Below are positions 21,174-32,257 of a DNA stretch of 52,107 nucleotides, piece by piece (within the stretch, counting starts at the first letter, position 1; each line of letters starts with the position of its first letter). The DNA lies in the IMG/VR virus record IMGVR_UViG_3300007983_000005, positions 1 through 52,107 of that record; one strand, given 5' to 3'. Both the position numbers and the translations under genes were made by a program. The stretch is from a virus. Lineage: Duplodnaviria > Caudoviricetes. The notes below the pieces were generated by a model. That model saw nothing but the letters and a program-made list of their open reading frames with translations. It had not been told where the DNA came from and ran no database searches.

Positions 21174-24100
21174 TATATATCCTCAAATATTAAGTTAAAT
21201 TTATTATCATTTATATGAACTTCCACTGTTTTCTTCTCAGTAAATTCTTCATATTTCATTATACTATCTTTATAGAATGTATTATCTTTTATTAATATTG
21301 GATATTCATCTATAAATTTAGAATCATATACATGTACAGAAATATCATATAACTCTATTTTACCAGAAAGTGCCCAAATTGAAACGCACTCATCAGGAGA
21401 ACCTGATGTCCCTGTAGTTCCTGTTGTGGAAACATTATTCGTTTGAATTAATGTATTTGGATTTTCACAATCTAAATAAAATACAACTCTATCTCCAGTT
21501 CTAAGAGTTATTTTACTTCCTATAATATTTCCATTACTATCTAATTCTGTTACATTTGATCTATTATATCTAATAACATTAACTTTAGTTAGATATGGTA
21601 CAACTCTGAAAAAATCTTCAGGTTTACTTATTTTGTAAGGATCGGATCCTTTTTCAATTCCCCATGTTATAGAGTATCTACCTGGTACATCCCAATAATT
21701 AATTCCTATTCCAAGATTATTAGCATAATCCTTTTCAATAACAAATATTTTATTTTCTTTTATATAGAAAGTATCTACTGGTTTTGGATATAATTCAGGA
21801 GGATCATCTTCTATAATATAATATAATTGATCATTGATTAAAATATACTGAACATAATCTATAGATTTATCATATTTATTAATAAATGAATTTTCTGGAA
21901 TCCCAAATTTTTCATCAATTTTTACTATATATTCATTTAAAGATCTTCCATCTATAGTACTTGCAAATTTATAATTTTTTGGCTTATTAATTGTATAATC
22001 AACTTGACCTACATATGTCATATCATTAAACATTTTAAATCCGACATAAAATCCATCTATAGGTAATGTTGATGCGAATTCTTCTTTAAAATTATTAAAT
22101 GTAAAATCTGAACTTACAGTATTACCCAATTTATTAGGATATGTCATTTGTAAATCTTCAAGACCTGTCATTATAGCTTGTAACGTTTCCCATTCTCCCT
22201 TGAGATATCTTTCAGAAAGTTTTTCATATTTTTTATTTGTATTATAATTTAATATTAGTTGAAGATCGTTTCCTCTTTCTGCGAAAAATATTTTTATACT
22301 ATTTGTAGTAACTTTGGCTTTTAATCTATACCATACATCAGGTTTGATACTTCTAGTATTAAATTCTCCCCAAGATGCTAAATAAGTTTCTTTAACTTCA
22401 CCATCATCTGTTATGCTTCTCATACCAAGACCAACATCAAAATTATATGTTCCAATACCAACAAAATAGTAATCAGTAATTCCCCATTCTTTATCAATTG
22501 GAACATAGTTATTTTCTGCTTTTAGTATAATTTCAAATTTCTTTTCAAGATCAGTATTGACTATATCTTTATCAAATATAACCTGACATTCAAATTCGTA
22601 ATCAGATGATTCTATATCACTTAAATATATAGGCGATCTAGACCCAGAATTACCAAATATACCTACATTATTAGTGTTCCCATTAGTACCAGAAAAACTT
22701 TGAAGTTTAGGATTTTCAAATTTATCTTCCATTTTGAAACAACGAGTATTCTTATATGGAACAATGGAATATGGTAAAGCATCGCCTGTGAACTTTAACT
22801 CTATATCAGGTTGTCGAGTTGCTACTTTATATTTTCTTTCATCTTCTACACATGGAATCCATTTAAAATCTCGTTTTGCCCCAAAATCATCAGTAAATTT
22901 ATTAACATCTGTTAATCTAAATAACTTATCTGAATATAATTCTATAAAGAAATTTGTAGTCCCATAAAATTTAGTAAAATCAAATTGTTGTGTATTTAAT
23001 ACAACAGTAGAATTTTTACCATTAACATCAGTTGAGATATAATAATGATCATTTGGAAGAGTATAGTTATCAACAATAACATTTCTTATTAATCTTTTCC
23101 ATTTTGGAAATGGTTCAACTAATGGTGGAACATTAAAGAACATAACCCTACCATCAGATACACCAAGAGTAACTTGTCTATCAGGAACTCTAATTGAATC
23201 TTCAGGATTGCAATTTTCAGAAACTCTTGTTTGATTAATAACAACTCTTGGTAAAGACCCTACAGGTAATCTATATTCTGGATAGAATGCCCAATATTTG
23301 TTAATTTCATAAAGATCAGAAGAAACTGGACAATAAATTTTATTTATTTTGAAACAATCTATAAATTCTTCATTCCATTCAGTTAAATCCCATCCTATCC
23401 TACTATTTTCATTTATCAAAAAGTCTTCATTGTTAGAATGTACTAAATACCAATTCCAAAGGCCAACAGGTATAAAAGTTCTATTTGAATTAGAATCATT
23501 ATTAACAATATTTCCAAATTGAATTGTGGTTAAATCTGAATCTATTATAGAATCTAATGGTATTGGTGCTCGCATCCTTTCTGATATTTTAATAATTTCT
23601 TCATTATCAAGTGTGAATCTATCTTCGTTTATATCAAATCCTATAGAGTTATATATTGAGTCATCAAACGTACCAAAGCCATATTCATTATTCCCACTTG
23701 TTGATAAACTATGTTCCCATCCAACACTAGAAACACACCAATCTACATCTACAATATAATTTGATGGATATGCGTCAATAGTTTGATCTGAAAGAACTAA
23801 AGGTACACCTTGTGGATTTCCTGAAGTATTTCCCAATCCACTATATACATTAATTCCGTCATTTGTAGGATATCTAGGTTCAACTTTTCTTTCAATCCAT
23901 ATTTTATTAGGATTCCACCAATTAAATTCATTTTCAAATTCTTCTTGTTGTTCCAAATCTGTTTCATCTGGATAATCTATATTTTCCAATCGTTTAAATA
24001 TATTTACTATTAAATTAGGAATATAAAATGCATTTGGTATATTATCTATTATGCAGTTTTCATCATAGTCGGCGGGTACTGGATATTCTCCTGGTTCACA

Positions 24101-27100
24101 TGGACTAGCTTCATGTAATGTTAATGGAATTATATTAGTTGAATTAAATTTAGCAACAAAAGAAGTATTTACATCTAAGAAATAATTACTCATTATGGTT
24201 CTACTATATTTCTCTTCCCAATATACTCCTTCATCTATTTTAATTTGGACATTATTATCATTTTCAATAAATGTAAATCCATCATAAGAATGATTTGCAT
24301 ACACGCCAATCATATTTATTTTTGCATCACCTCTTAATATTTCTGGAGGTAAAATCATAATAAATTTATCAGTTTCTAATTTACCAATAGGAATAAAATA
24401 TCTTATAATATCATTATTTGAAATTGGGGTTTCAGTATATGTTGGATAATTATCATTAATTCCATCAGGGTATTGAATATCAAATAATCCCCATAAAGTA
24501 GTATTTTCACAATATCTACAAGTTAATCTTTCATGAACCTCACTATCTATGATTCTAACACCTATTATTTCTTGAGAACTTGTTCCTGCCGTAGATGTAT
24601 CTCTATAAATTGGAGCAAACACTTCATTATCAATTATTGATCCGTCAATAGTCCACGTTTCTGAAACTGAATTTGGGCACACTTCTTCCCATAATCCATT
24701 ATATTTAACGGATTGAGGATTAGATTTAATATGGGTATTTAATTTTGTGTTTAAAACAAGATTACTTAAATCATTTTCAATTCTAGTTAATTCAGATGTA
24801 TATTCTAATACATCACCTGCACTAGCAGATATTGTATGAGGTAAAATTCTTGAATCTTCATATACTATAGGTGTATAACCAGAATTTCCTTTAGAATAAC
24901 CTGCACCAACACGGAACCAATTTACAACAGGTTCGTAAAATTGTCCTACTGGAATTATTAACCTATTTAGGGCGTCTTCTCTATTGGAAAAATTAGTTTC
25001 CATAAATTCTCTATTCATAAAAACATTAAATCTTGTTCCCCAATCATCTGATATTATGGTATCACCATATACTCTATCTACTGAGTTGTCAGTAGCAGTT
25101 TCTAAATTTTTACTTAGTTCAAATCTTGATTCAGATCCATCAAAATTTTCAGTAAATCTAATTCTAAATGTTTCAGATGTAGGTTTATCGACATTTGTAA
25201 ACCCATAAGAATTATATTGTAATAAGTTATCGTTTCTTGAATCTAACCATTTTGGACTAATTTGTTTCCACTTATCTTTATCTTCTAAGAGATTTTCATC
25301 AATTTCATCTAATGGAATTACTGAAATCGAATTCAATAAGAATGAAGATGATTGTACAGAGAATCCATATGTTCCCTCTTCTTCTATAGGAATATATTTA
25401 TTTGAAGTTTCAGTTTCTTCCTTATTACTATTATACACTATAGTTTGTTCATCACTTTGAATTAAACTTATATTATCAAATATAGTAATAAATTCTTCTT
25501 TATTACTGTATTCTAATAAACTTTGTTCTTTTGTATTTTTTACGTTATTCTGTGCTTCAGTAAAACTATCATTTTGCCTATATTTTAATGTAACAGCATT
25601 ATCATTAACTATAACTTTAAAATCATAAAAACTATCTTCACTTAACTCTTTGGTTAATCCATTTTCATCTAAAAGAGAAATGAAAAATTGTCTTTGGTCA
25701 ATATTAGTTTTATCTTTATTTAAATTCAAATATCGGTAAACTGGACCATTTACACTCTCATTATATTCAACATAAGCCAATCCAAATTCGCTTTTTATCC
25801 CGTCATATATAATTGAATAATATGAATCTATATTAGAATAAAGATCTTTTTTTCTAAATACACCTCTAAATAAAATCTGGAAATTATTTCTAGGTCTAAA
25901 CGGTAAAATTACGTCATCAGTAATAACTTGGATTTCTGGTTTAATTCTAATATTCATTTCTAAATCTTTATATTTTTTGGATTTAGAAATTATACCTGAA
26001 TTTGTATTTCTATTTGGATTTGGTGTTGAATATGATACTTTAAAAATTTCTCCAATTTCTAATGACTGATTTGGTATAGTCAATATACCTTTACCATTAG
26101 ATTCAGTAATATCTAAATTGACATCATTTACTGTAGCTAATTGATTTGTAGAAATTATTTGATTGGGTAAAAAATTAACAAAGCTAGTAACATTATTAGA
26201 TTCATTAGTTTCTTCTCTCCACCCTTCAAAACTAAGTTTTAATTTTTTAATATTAGATTCGCCATATGTAGATTTAATTTCATATGGATAATATCCTGGA
26301 GAAAGCTTAACATAATCACTATATTTAACTTTTTCATTTTGTCTAATTTCTATCAATCCATATTCAGTATTTCTTTCTTCAAAATTTAACGTTATAGTTT
26401 CATTAGTCACTGTAAAGGGTGTAGTACCTGGAATAGCATCAAAAGAAAACGAATCAACTGAAGTTTCTTTAACTTGGTCTAAAGTTAGAGGGGTTTTCTT
26501 TAAACTAAATAAACCAACATGTTGATTAGATATATCTGAACTTAATCCTGAGTTTCCGACATCAAATTCAAAATTATAATATCCTTCTTCTGATATATTA
26601 ATATATCCTCTTGATACAACAAAGTTATCACCTTTAGTTTCAACTCCAATTGTTGGAAATAAATTTGGTTGTGTCGGGGTAGATGAATAATTTATAGTTG
26701 GAAGAACATTATCAAATATAGGATTTCTAATAGAATTTTGAGATACGCCTATTATTTCAGGTGGAACTGTTACTCCTGATTTCCAATCTGCCCATAAATA
26801 ATCATCTGTATTATCACTTGGATTTTCATTTCTTTCATTTTCATTATTTGGTATTTGTCCTAAAACATTAACAACTCTGCTAACATATCCAAAAGGAGCC
26901 TGCCATATTTTATATGTAGCACCAAAATTAAAATCTCTATCTCTGATAAAATCATTATTTTTTGTTACTGAAAATCCTTCTAATGTACAAGATAAATCAA
27001 TAGGGTCAAAACAAAAAGCTGAAGGATCTAATGTGCCTTCACATTGAGATTTATTCTCTAATAAAATAGATCTCCCATCATTTCTTTGAATTTTTATTAT

Positions 27101-28195
27101 ATTAGGTGAATAATCATTTATTGAAAATGATGAATAACAATCATCTGATTGGTTGTCAATGATATCAAATGGATATGAATGTCTTGTTATATAATGATAA
27201 TTATCTATTAGTAAATTGCTAGTTCTACCAATATATTGAGCATTGTCATTATTCCATCCTGTAACTTTTATACCATTGAATACAAAATTATTTTTTGTAT
27301 TCTCTAAAGTAGGATCAAGTAAAAAATGATCAAATAAAGGATCAGGACTAGTAGTAGAAAAATTAGAAGTCCACATTTCTTTAACTTCAGTTACAAAATC
27401 ATAAAGCCGGAAAAACGATTCTATTGATTCAGAAGAACCTTTTTGTTTAAATAAAGCTGAAGTATCAACAATAAATTGTCTAAATTTATCAGTTTCTTCT
27501 TTTGTAGCAGTACCCAATGAAATTTTATTAAAAATATCATATTCTAAAAATGATACGAAATCATCATTTAATTTTTGTTCAGAATAACCAATTTTCTTTG
27601 AATAAAAACGAGAATGATTAAATGTGTCACTAAAATAAACTAATAAATTTTCAGGAGTATGATCAATATCCACTAGATTAGAAACTTGTTTAATTTCTTT
27701 ATACATCCTATCGAACATTTTTGATGTTGCATTAATTAAATCAGAAAACCCGTCACTCGTTTCATATGCTTTCAAATGAGGAACTGTCATATGACTCTTA
27801 AGCCATTTAATTGACATAAGATTTACTTTTAATTGTTTTTCTTTTGTATTTTTTACTCGGTATGTTATGCCAGTATTAGTATCATAAAATGGTTCAGAAG
27901 TAATACTTAGAGATACTACATAATTACCAGATACTTCATAAAATTTACTTGGGTTCTGATCTACTGAAATTGTAGAATCTCCAAAGTTCCAACTTATATA
28001 ATCTATTCTAGTAACATATATTTCACTGACATCAATATTAAAGTTATCAATAATATTACCATCTTCATCTACAAAAACTGTAGTTTCATCTTGTTGGACA
28101 AATCCTAATGTGGATTTATTTTCAAAATCTATAGTTTGTGGGGCAAATGATACTTCAGGTGAAAAAACAAAATCTGCCAAAAAACGTCTAGCCAT
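21173..28195 (-). CDS. Baseplate wedge protein (gp7/P2 gpI-like) with PKD-, PA14- and LamG-like domains
   Basis: WNFGD...SGNYVVSL (PKD), LVDIDHTPENLL...FKQKGSSESIESFFRL (wedge), GYINISEEGYYNFEF...LSPGYYP (PA14-like); directly follows gp6. Confidence 0.7.
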   Translation of the reverse strand: MARRFLADFVFSPEVSFAPQTIDFENKSTLGFVQQDETTVFVDEDGNIIDNFNIDVSEIYVTRIDYISWNFGDSTISVDQNPSKFYEVSGNYVVSLSITSEPFYDTNTGITYRVKNTKEKQLKVNLMSIKWLKSHMTVPHLKAYETSDGFSDLINATSKMFDRMYKEIKQVSNLVDIDHTPENLLVYFSDTFNHSRFYSKKIGYSEQKLNDDFVSFLEYDIFNKISLGTATKEETDKFRQFIVDTSALFKQKGSSESIESFFRLYDFVTEVKEMWTSNFSTTSPDPLFDHFLLDPTLENTKNNFVFNGIKVTGWNNDNAQYIGRTSNLLIDNYHYITRHSYPFDIIDNQSDDCYSSFSINDYSPNIIKIQRNDGRSILLENKSQCEGTLDPSAFCFDPIDLSCTLEGFSVTKNNDFIRDRDFNFGATYKIWQAPFGYVSRVVNVLGQIPNNENERNENPSDNTDDYLWADWKSGVTVPPEIIGVSQNSIRNPIFDNVLPTINYSSTPTQPNLFPTIGVETKGDNFVVSRGYINISEEGYYNFEFDVGNSGLSSDISNQHVGLFSLKKTPLTLDQVKETSVDSFSFDAIPGTTPFTVTNETITLNFEERNTEYGLIEIRQNEKVKYSDYVKLSPGYYPYEIKSTYGESNIKKLKLSFEGWREETNESNNVTSFVNFLPNQIISTNQLATVNDVNLDITESNGKGILTIPNQSLEIGEIFKVSYSTPNPNRNTNSGIISKSKKYKDLEMNIRIKPEIQVITDDVILPFRPRNNFQILFRGVFRKKDLYSNIDSYYSIIYDGIKSEFGLAYVEYNESVNGPVYRYLNLNKDKTNIDQRQFFISLLDENGLTKELSEDSFYDFKVIVNDNAVTLKYRQNDSFTEAQNNVKNTKEQSLLEYSNKEEFITIFDNISLIQSDEQTIVYNSNKEETETSNKYIPIEEEGTYGFSVQSSSFLLNSISVIPLDEIDENLLEDKDKWKQISPKWLDSRNDNLLQYNSYGFTNVDKPTSETFRIRFTENFDGSESRFELSKNLETATDNSVDRVYGDTIISDDWGTRFNVFMNREFMETNFSNREDALNRLIIPVGQFYEPVVNWFRVGAGYSKGNSGYTPIVYEDSRILPHTISASAGDVLEYTSELTRIENDLSNLVLNTKLNTHIKSNPQSVKYNGLWEEVCPNSVSETWTIDGSIIDNEVFAPIYRDTSTAGTSSQEIIGVRIIDSEVHERLTCRYCENTTLWGLFDIQYPDGINDNYPTYTETPISNNDIIRYFIPIGKLETDKFIMILPPEILRGDAKINMIGVYANHSYDGFTFIENDNNVQIKIDEGVYWEEKYSRTIMSNYFLDVNTSFVAKFNSTNIIPLTLHEASPCEPGEYPVPADYDENCIIDNIPNAFYIPNLIVNIFKRLENIDYPDETDLEQQEEFENEFNWWNPNKIWIERKVEPRYPTNDGINVYSGLGNTSGNPQGVPLVLSDQTIDAYPSNYIVDVDWCVSSVGWEHSLSTSGNNEYGFGTFDDSIYNSIGFDINEDRFTLDNEEIIKISERMRAPIPLDSIIDSDLTTIQFGNIVNNDSNSNRTFIPVGLWNWYLVHSNNEDFLINENSRIGWDLTEWNEEFIDCFKINKIYCPVSSDLYEINKYWAFYPEYRLPVGSLPRVVINQTRVSENCNPEDSIRVPDRQVTLGVSDGRVMFFNVPPLVEPFPKWKRLIRNVIVDNYTLPNDHYYISTDVNGKNSTVVLNTQQFDFTKFYGTTNFFIELYSDKLFRLTDVNKFTDDFGAKRDFKWIPCVEDERKYKVATRQPDIELKFTGDALPYSIVPYKNTRCFKMEDKFENPKLQSFSGTNGNTNNVGIFGNSGSRSPIYLSDIESSDYEFECQVIFDKDIVNTDLEKKFEIILKAENNYVPIDKEWGITDYYFVGIGTYNFDVGLGMRSITDDGEVKETYLASWGEFNTRSIKPDVWYRLKAKVTTNSIKIFFAERGNDLQLILNYNTNKKYEKLSERYLKGEWETLQAIMTGLEDLQMTYPNKLGNTVSSDFTFNNFKEEFASTLPIDGFYVGFKMFNDMTYVGQVDYTINKPKNYKFASTIDGRSLNEYIVKIDEKFGIPENSFINKYDKSIDYVQYILINDQLYYIIEDDPPELYPKPVDTFYIKENKIFVIEKDYANNLGIGINYWDVPGRYSITWGIEKGSDPYKISKPEDFFRVVPYLTKVNVIRYNRSNVTELDSNGNIIGSKITLRTGDRVVFYLDCENPNTLIQTNNVSTTGTTGTSGSPDECVSIWALSGKIELYDISVHVYDSKFIDEYPILIKDNTFYKDSIMKYEEFTEKKTVEVHINDNKFNLIFEDI

Positions 28196-28197
28196 TA

Positions 28198-31100
28198 TTA
28201 ATCTACTCCATCTGCTTCAATGATTATATCCCCAAGAATAGGAAATTCATATCTATTAAGTTGTAAGTTAAAGGAGAATACCCATTCTCTTTCTCCTGTA
28301 TTAGAATCTGTCACATCTAATAATGGTTCAACTATAGTTAAAAGAGATTCATCTTTTGCTAGAAGTTCTAAAATCTTTCTTCTTTTAACTTCAGCAACAG
28401 TTTCATTAATATCTGTAACGGCATCAATATCGTAATCAGTTGCAGATAATTTATCATTTTCATCTTTATGCCATGCAACTTCAACATAATCTATATTTGA
28501 TACATTATTAGTTATATCAGTAACTAGATCAGAATGATGCAAATTTTCTCCTAATTCCCTATTAGATTTTTCAAAATAATTTCTTATTACTCTTTCAATT
28601 CCATTCTTTACTGTTGATATATTTCCTAAGGTTGTTGGTTTAAATCTAACTCTAACATCTATAGGAATATTAGTTGCAGAAAATACTTCATGTTCAACAG
28701 TGGCCATTGATTTAAATTTCTTATCTAATGTTTCTATTATATATTCTTTTTGTTTTTTAGTTATCTCATTTCCAAATCTTGGAAGAACAACTAAGAATAT
28801 ATAATTAAAAAAGAATCTATCATCATCTGTTGTAATAAATCCACCTTTAATTGCATCTTTATAAGACATAGCTTCTGCTTTAAGAATTATATCATTAAAT
28901 GCTGATCGGGAGAATGATGCATAATCATTTAAAGAAACAATTCTATCTTGTCTCAAATTAGCAGATGATGCAGATTTTCTCAATTCTTCTGTTGTTTCAG
29001 GATTTCCTCCACCAACAGCAGAATTACTTTGAGAAATAGTTAATATATCAGAATCTATTTCTGTTCCTTCAGAATCATATATTATAGAAGAAGATGTTCT
29101 AGAATCAGAAGAAAAGAATGTTTCATTTTTAAGCCCTAAAAGTTGAATAAATTGTTGTTCAAATTGAACAGTTATATTATCGTCACCAAGTATTTCTTTT
29201 GATAATACAACAGAATCTGCCAAACTATTTGGAGGAATATTACCATCTCTTCCAACTGTTCTTAAACCAAAAATATACATTTCATTTCCATAAGGATCTA
29301 CACCAAAATCTATTCCATTTCCAAACTTTATTTCAATCCTTCTAGTATCTTCAACTCTAGCAAAAAATACTTTAGCTCCAGGTTCAATATCAGTACTTGA
29401 AGTTAAATTAGATGCATTTATCCATTCTTCCCAATTATTAGAACTATTTTTAACAAAAATTCTTATATCATTATATGATATATTTTCGGCTGCTACTTGG
29501 AATTTCAATTCTTTATCATTTGTTCTATCAGCAGAAAATTTAATACCCAATTGATTATTTGCAGAATCTATAGTACCATTTCTATTTATGAAAGAGAAAC
29601 GAATATCACCTTGTTTCAAACTATCAATAGAAAATGTTTCGTTTATATTGTTATATCTAATTCCAGGAATTGTTCCTGCACTAGTAACTTGACCAGAAAA
29701 ATTAATAGTTCCATGTTTTTGGAATTCGTATATTGGGGAAAAATCTGCAAACCAATCGATTATTATATTGCCATCAGTACTTTCAACATTTATAGTGAAT
29801 CCAGTAGTAGTTTTATTAGTAAACCATACATTAACATTTTTATTTGCAACCATATGTAAACCATATTCAGTATTTTCAAATTCTCCGTCAAATGTTATAT
29901 CCTTTGTAGTCTGATCTCCACTTAAAGTAACAGTTCCTCTTCTTCGGGTAGAAGATGTTTCTTCGTCTATAACATTTTGATCTGTTGAAAACACAAAAGT
30001 AGAATATGAAACACTTCCAGTAAATGATTTTTCAACTTTCACTTTAAAACCATTTGCTGTTTGGTCTTCATACCATACATTAACATTTTCATTGGGGGTT
30101 AAGAAAATTGTATATGGTGCATCAACACCATCTATCTGAGGAATTGGTTCATCGAATACAACTTCTATTTCTCTAGAATCTTTAGGATCAATTCTAGTTG
30201 CAACCCAATTGATATCACCTTCAAAAGCTGCATTAGGTTCTATATTTACAGTGAATCCATCTTCACTCTTATTGCTAAACCAAACTTGTATATTTTCGGA
30301 AGGAGTAAGAGATACTGAATATTCAACTGAATCTGTACCAGTTGTAGATGAGGTAAATGGTTGATCAAATGCAACAAATGTATTTGTTATTCCTTCTGAA
30401 AAACTAACAACTCCTGATTTTTGTTGAGTTGTAGTTACATCAACTTCAGGTACAATTTGGAAATTACCAAATCTTTGTCCTGTATCTCTTAAAATTGTAG
30501 GAGTCCCACTTTCAGGATCTACATATCCAGGATATATTTTAGCTATAGTAATTTCATCTACAGTTGGTTCTAAAGATGTTACATTTAATTTAGCATCATA
30601 ATTAAAATCAGGAGCATCAGGAGTAACAATCGCCATATTTACATTATATTCTGTTACATTGGCATCCCAACTATTTAAATCGAATACCTGAGAACTTATT
30701 CTTCCATTTCTGAAAGTATAAACTACCCCATTAACTAAAACTTGCCATGGGGGAGAATTTCCATCTTTGTTTATATCTAAATGAATTTGTTTAACCCCAA
30801 ACTCCGTTGATTCTAGTTTATCATATGTAAACTCAGTAGAACCAACATTACGCATTCCTAATATTCCTTTATAGAATTTACCTTTGGCATCATTTGATAC
30901 TTCTCTTAATGTCCAAAAATTACCATCTTCGTCTTCAGGAACTAATCTAATTGCATTTATTACATCATCTTTTCTTTCTTGGAGAATATTTCCATCATCC
31001 AATATTTCCAATGTTGGTCTAGATTGTTCTTTATCATATGTGAATAAAACATAATATGTAGTATTTGCTTTTATTCTAAGGGTTGTATCCTTCATTGTTA

Positions 31101-31827
31101 TATTTCTATTAAATGGTTGACCAACTGAACTTGCGTTACTTGGATTAAATAATGGGACATTATCTACATCATAACCTTTATAATTATTTCTATTTAATCT
31201 ATCCAAAACTGATAATGGTTCAGAATCAGATAAATTAAGTACTATATTTGTAGGATCGAAAGCAGGACTTGATGTTGTACCTTCTGTTTCCCAAAAATCT
31301 CTTGATGCAGTGTATGGAAATTCAAATCCAGAATAACTAAAATCATTTTGTTGAATAGGTCTTGTACCAAACCCTTTGATCATATATACCATATTATTTA
31401 CATTCGTGAAAGTGAATTCATCGCCGGCAGGTGTAGTTATATTTGATGGAAATGAAGAATACGATGGGATTTCAAAATATGTATTTTCTTTTCCTAGACA
31501 ATATTCCGAATCAAGGCTACCTACAACATCAAGTTGTGCTGATTGATATCCTCTTGGATCATAATTTAAGAGACGAGCAATACGATTTAAATTTTTATAT
31601 CTTTTGGCAGATGGTAAAAATGGTTCATTTGCTACAGAATTAATATAATACCCAAATAGAGATCCCAAATATGAATATAACCCTACCAATGTATTAATAT
31701 TAGATGCTGTAAAATCAACATCTTTATATGTTCCGGTTTCTCTTAGATATTGTATCAATTCAGATCGAACTGCATCAAAATCTATTGTAGAATAATCAAT
31801 ATTAATTGCTTTGTTATCTTTTGCCAT
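28198..31827 (-). CDS. gp6: Baseplate wedge subunit, T4 gp6-like, enlarged
   Basis: DFDAVRSELIQYL, YKDVDFTASN, ANEPFLPSA, IKFGNG, GGGNPETTEELR, QDRIVSLNDY motifs; follows gp25. Confidence 0.9.
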   Translation of the reverse strand: MAKDNKAINIDYSTIDFDAVRSELIQYLRETGTYKDVDFTASNINTLVGLYSYLGSLFGYYINSVANEPFLPSAKRYKNLNRIARLLNYDPRGYQSAQLDVVGSLDSEYCLGKENTYFEIPSYSSFPSNITTPAGDEFTFTNVNNMVYMIKGFGTRPIQQNDFSYSGFEFPYTASRDFWETEGTTSSPAFDPTNIVLNLSDSEPLSVLDRLNRNNYKGYDVDNVPLFNPSNASSVGQPFNRNITMKDTTLRIKANTTYYVLFTYDKEQSRPTLEILDDGNILQERKDDVINAIRLVPEDEDGNFWTLREVSNDAKGKFYKGILGMRNVGSTEFTYDKLESTEFGVKQIHLDINKDGNSPPWQVLVNGVVYTFRNGRISSQVFDLNSWDANVTEYNVNMAIVTPDAPDFNYDAKLNVTSLEPTVDEITIAKIYPGYVDPESGTPTILRDTGQRFGNFQIVPEVDVTTTQQKSGVVSFSEGITNTFVAFDQPFTSSTTGTDSVEYSVSLTPSENIQVWFSNKSEDGFTVNIEPNAAFEGDINWVATRIDPKDSREIEVVFDEPIPQIDGVDAPYTIFLTPNENVNVWYEDQTANGFKVKVEKSFTGSVSYSTFVFSTDQNVIDEETSSTRRRGTVTLSGDQTTKDITFDGEFENTEYGLHMVANKNVNVWFTNKTTTGFTINVESTDGNIIIDWFADFSPIYEFQKHGTINFSGQVTSAGTIPGIRYNNINETFSIDSLKQGDIRFSFINRNGTIDSANNQLGIKFSADRTNDKELKFQVAAENISYNDIRIFVKNSSNNWEEWINASNLTSSTDIEPGAKVFFARVEDTRRIEIKFGNGIDFGVDPYGNEMYIFGLRTVGRDGNIPPNSLADSVVLSKEILGDDNITVQFEQQFIQLLGLKNETFFSSDSRTSSSIIYDSEGTEIDSDILTISQSNSAVGGGNPETTEELRKSASSANLRQDRIVSLNDYASFSRSAFNDIILKAEAMSYKDAIKGGFITTDDDRFFFNYIFLVVLPRFGNEITKKQKEYIIETLDKKFKSMATVEHEVFSATNIPIDVRVRFKPTTLGNISTVKNGIERVIRNYFEKSNRELGENLHHSDLVTDITNNVSNIDYVEVAWHKDENDKLSATDYDIDAVTDINETVAEVKRRKILELLAKDESLLTIVEPLLDVTDSNTGEREWVFSFNLQLNRYEFPILGDIIIEADGVD

Positions 31828-31840
31828 TATTTAACTCCAA

Positions 31841-32230
31841 TTATAGCCTCTCTAGCGAAACCTGAAGTGTATCGACTTCACCTGTTGTAATAATTTGATA
31901 AACTACTTCAATTTCATATGAACCTTCTGTAAAATCCATTTGAACATCTAAATTTAATAGTTTTATTCTTCTTTCGAAATTGATTATTGTACTTTGAAGC
32001 TCTTCACCTAATCTTCTAGCTGTAGTTTCATCAAAAGGTTCAAATAAGAATGATTTTATTCTGGCACCAAATTCAGGATAAAACACTCTAGTTCCACGGG
32101 CAGTTTCTACAATCATATTTAATGCTTGTTTTATAGAATCTGCATTTACGACTTCTGATATATCTCCTGTGGAAGTTATTTTTATATCTAGTGGTAAATC
32201 TTTATAAAATATTCTATCATTTTCTGCCAT
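31841..32230 (-). CDS. gp25: Baseplate wedge subunit gp25
   Basis: SIKQALNMIVETARGTRVFYPEFGARIKSFLFEP...FERRI. Confidence 0.93.
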   Translation of the reverse strand: MAENDRIFYKDLPLDIKITSTGDISEVVNADSIKQALNMIVETARGTRVFYPEFGARIKSFLFEPFDETTARRLGEELQSTIINFERRIKLLNLDVQMDFTEGSYEIEVVYQIITTGEVDTLQVSLERL

Positions 32231-32249
32231 TTTTAGCCCCTACTGCACA

Positions 32250-32257
32250 TATTTATA
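32250..32257 (-). promoter_or_regulatory. T4-type late promoter TATAAATA
   Basis: Exact motif ~20 nt upstream of the gp25 ATG, intergenic. Confidence 0.6.
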
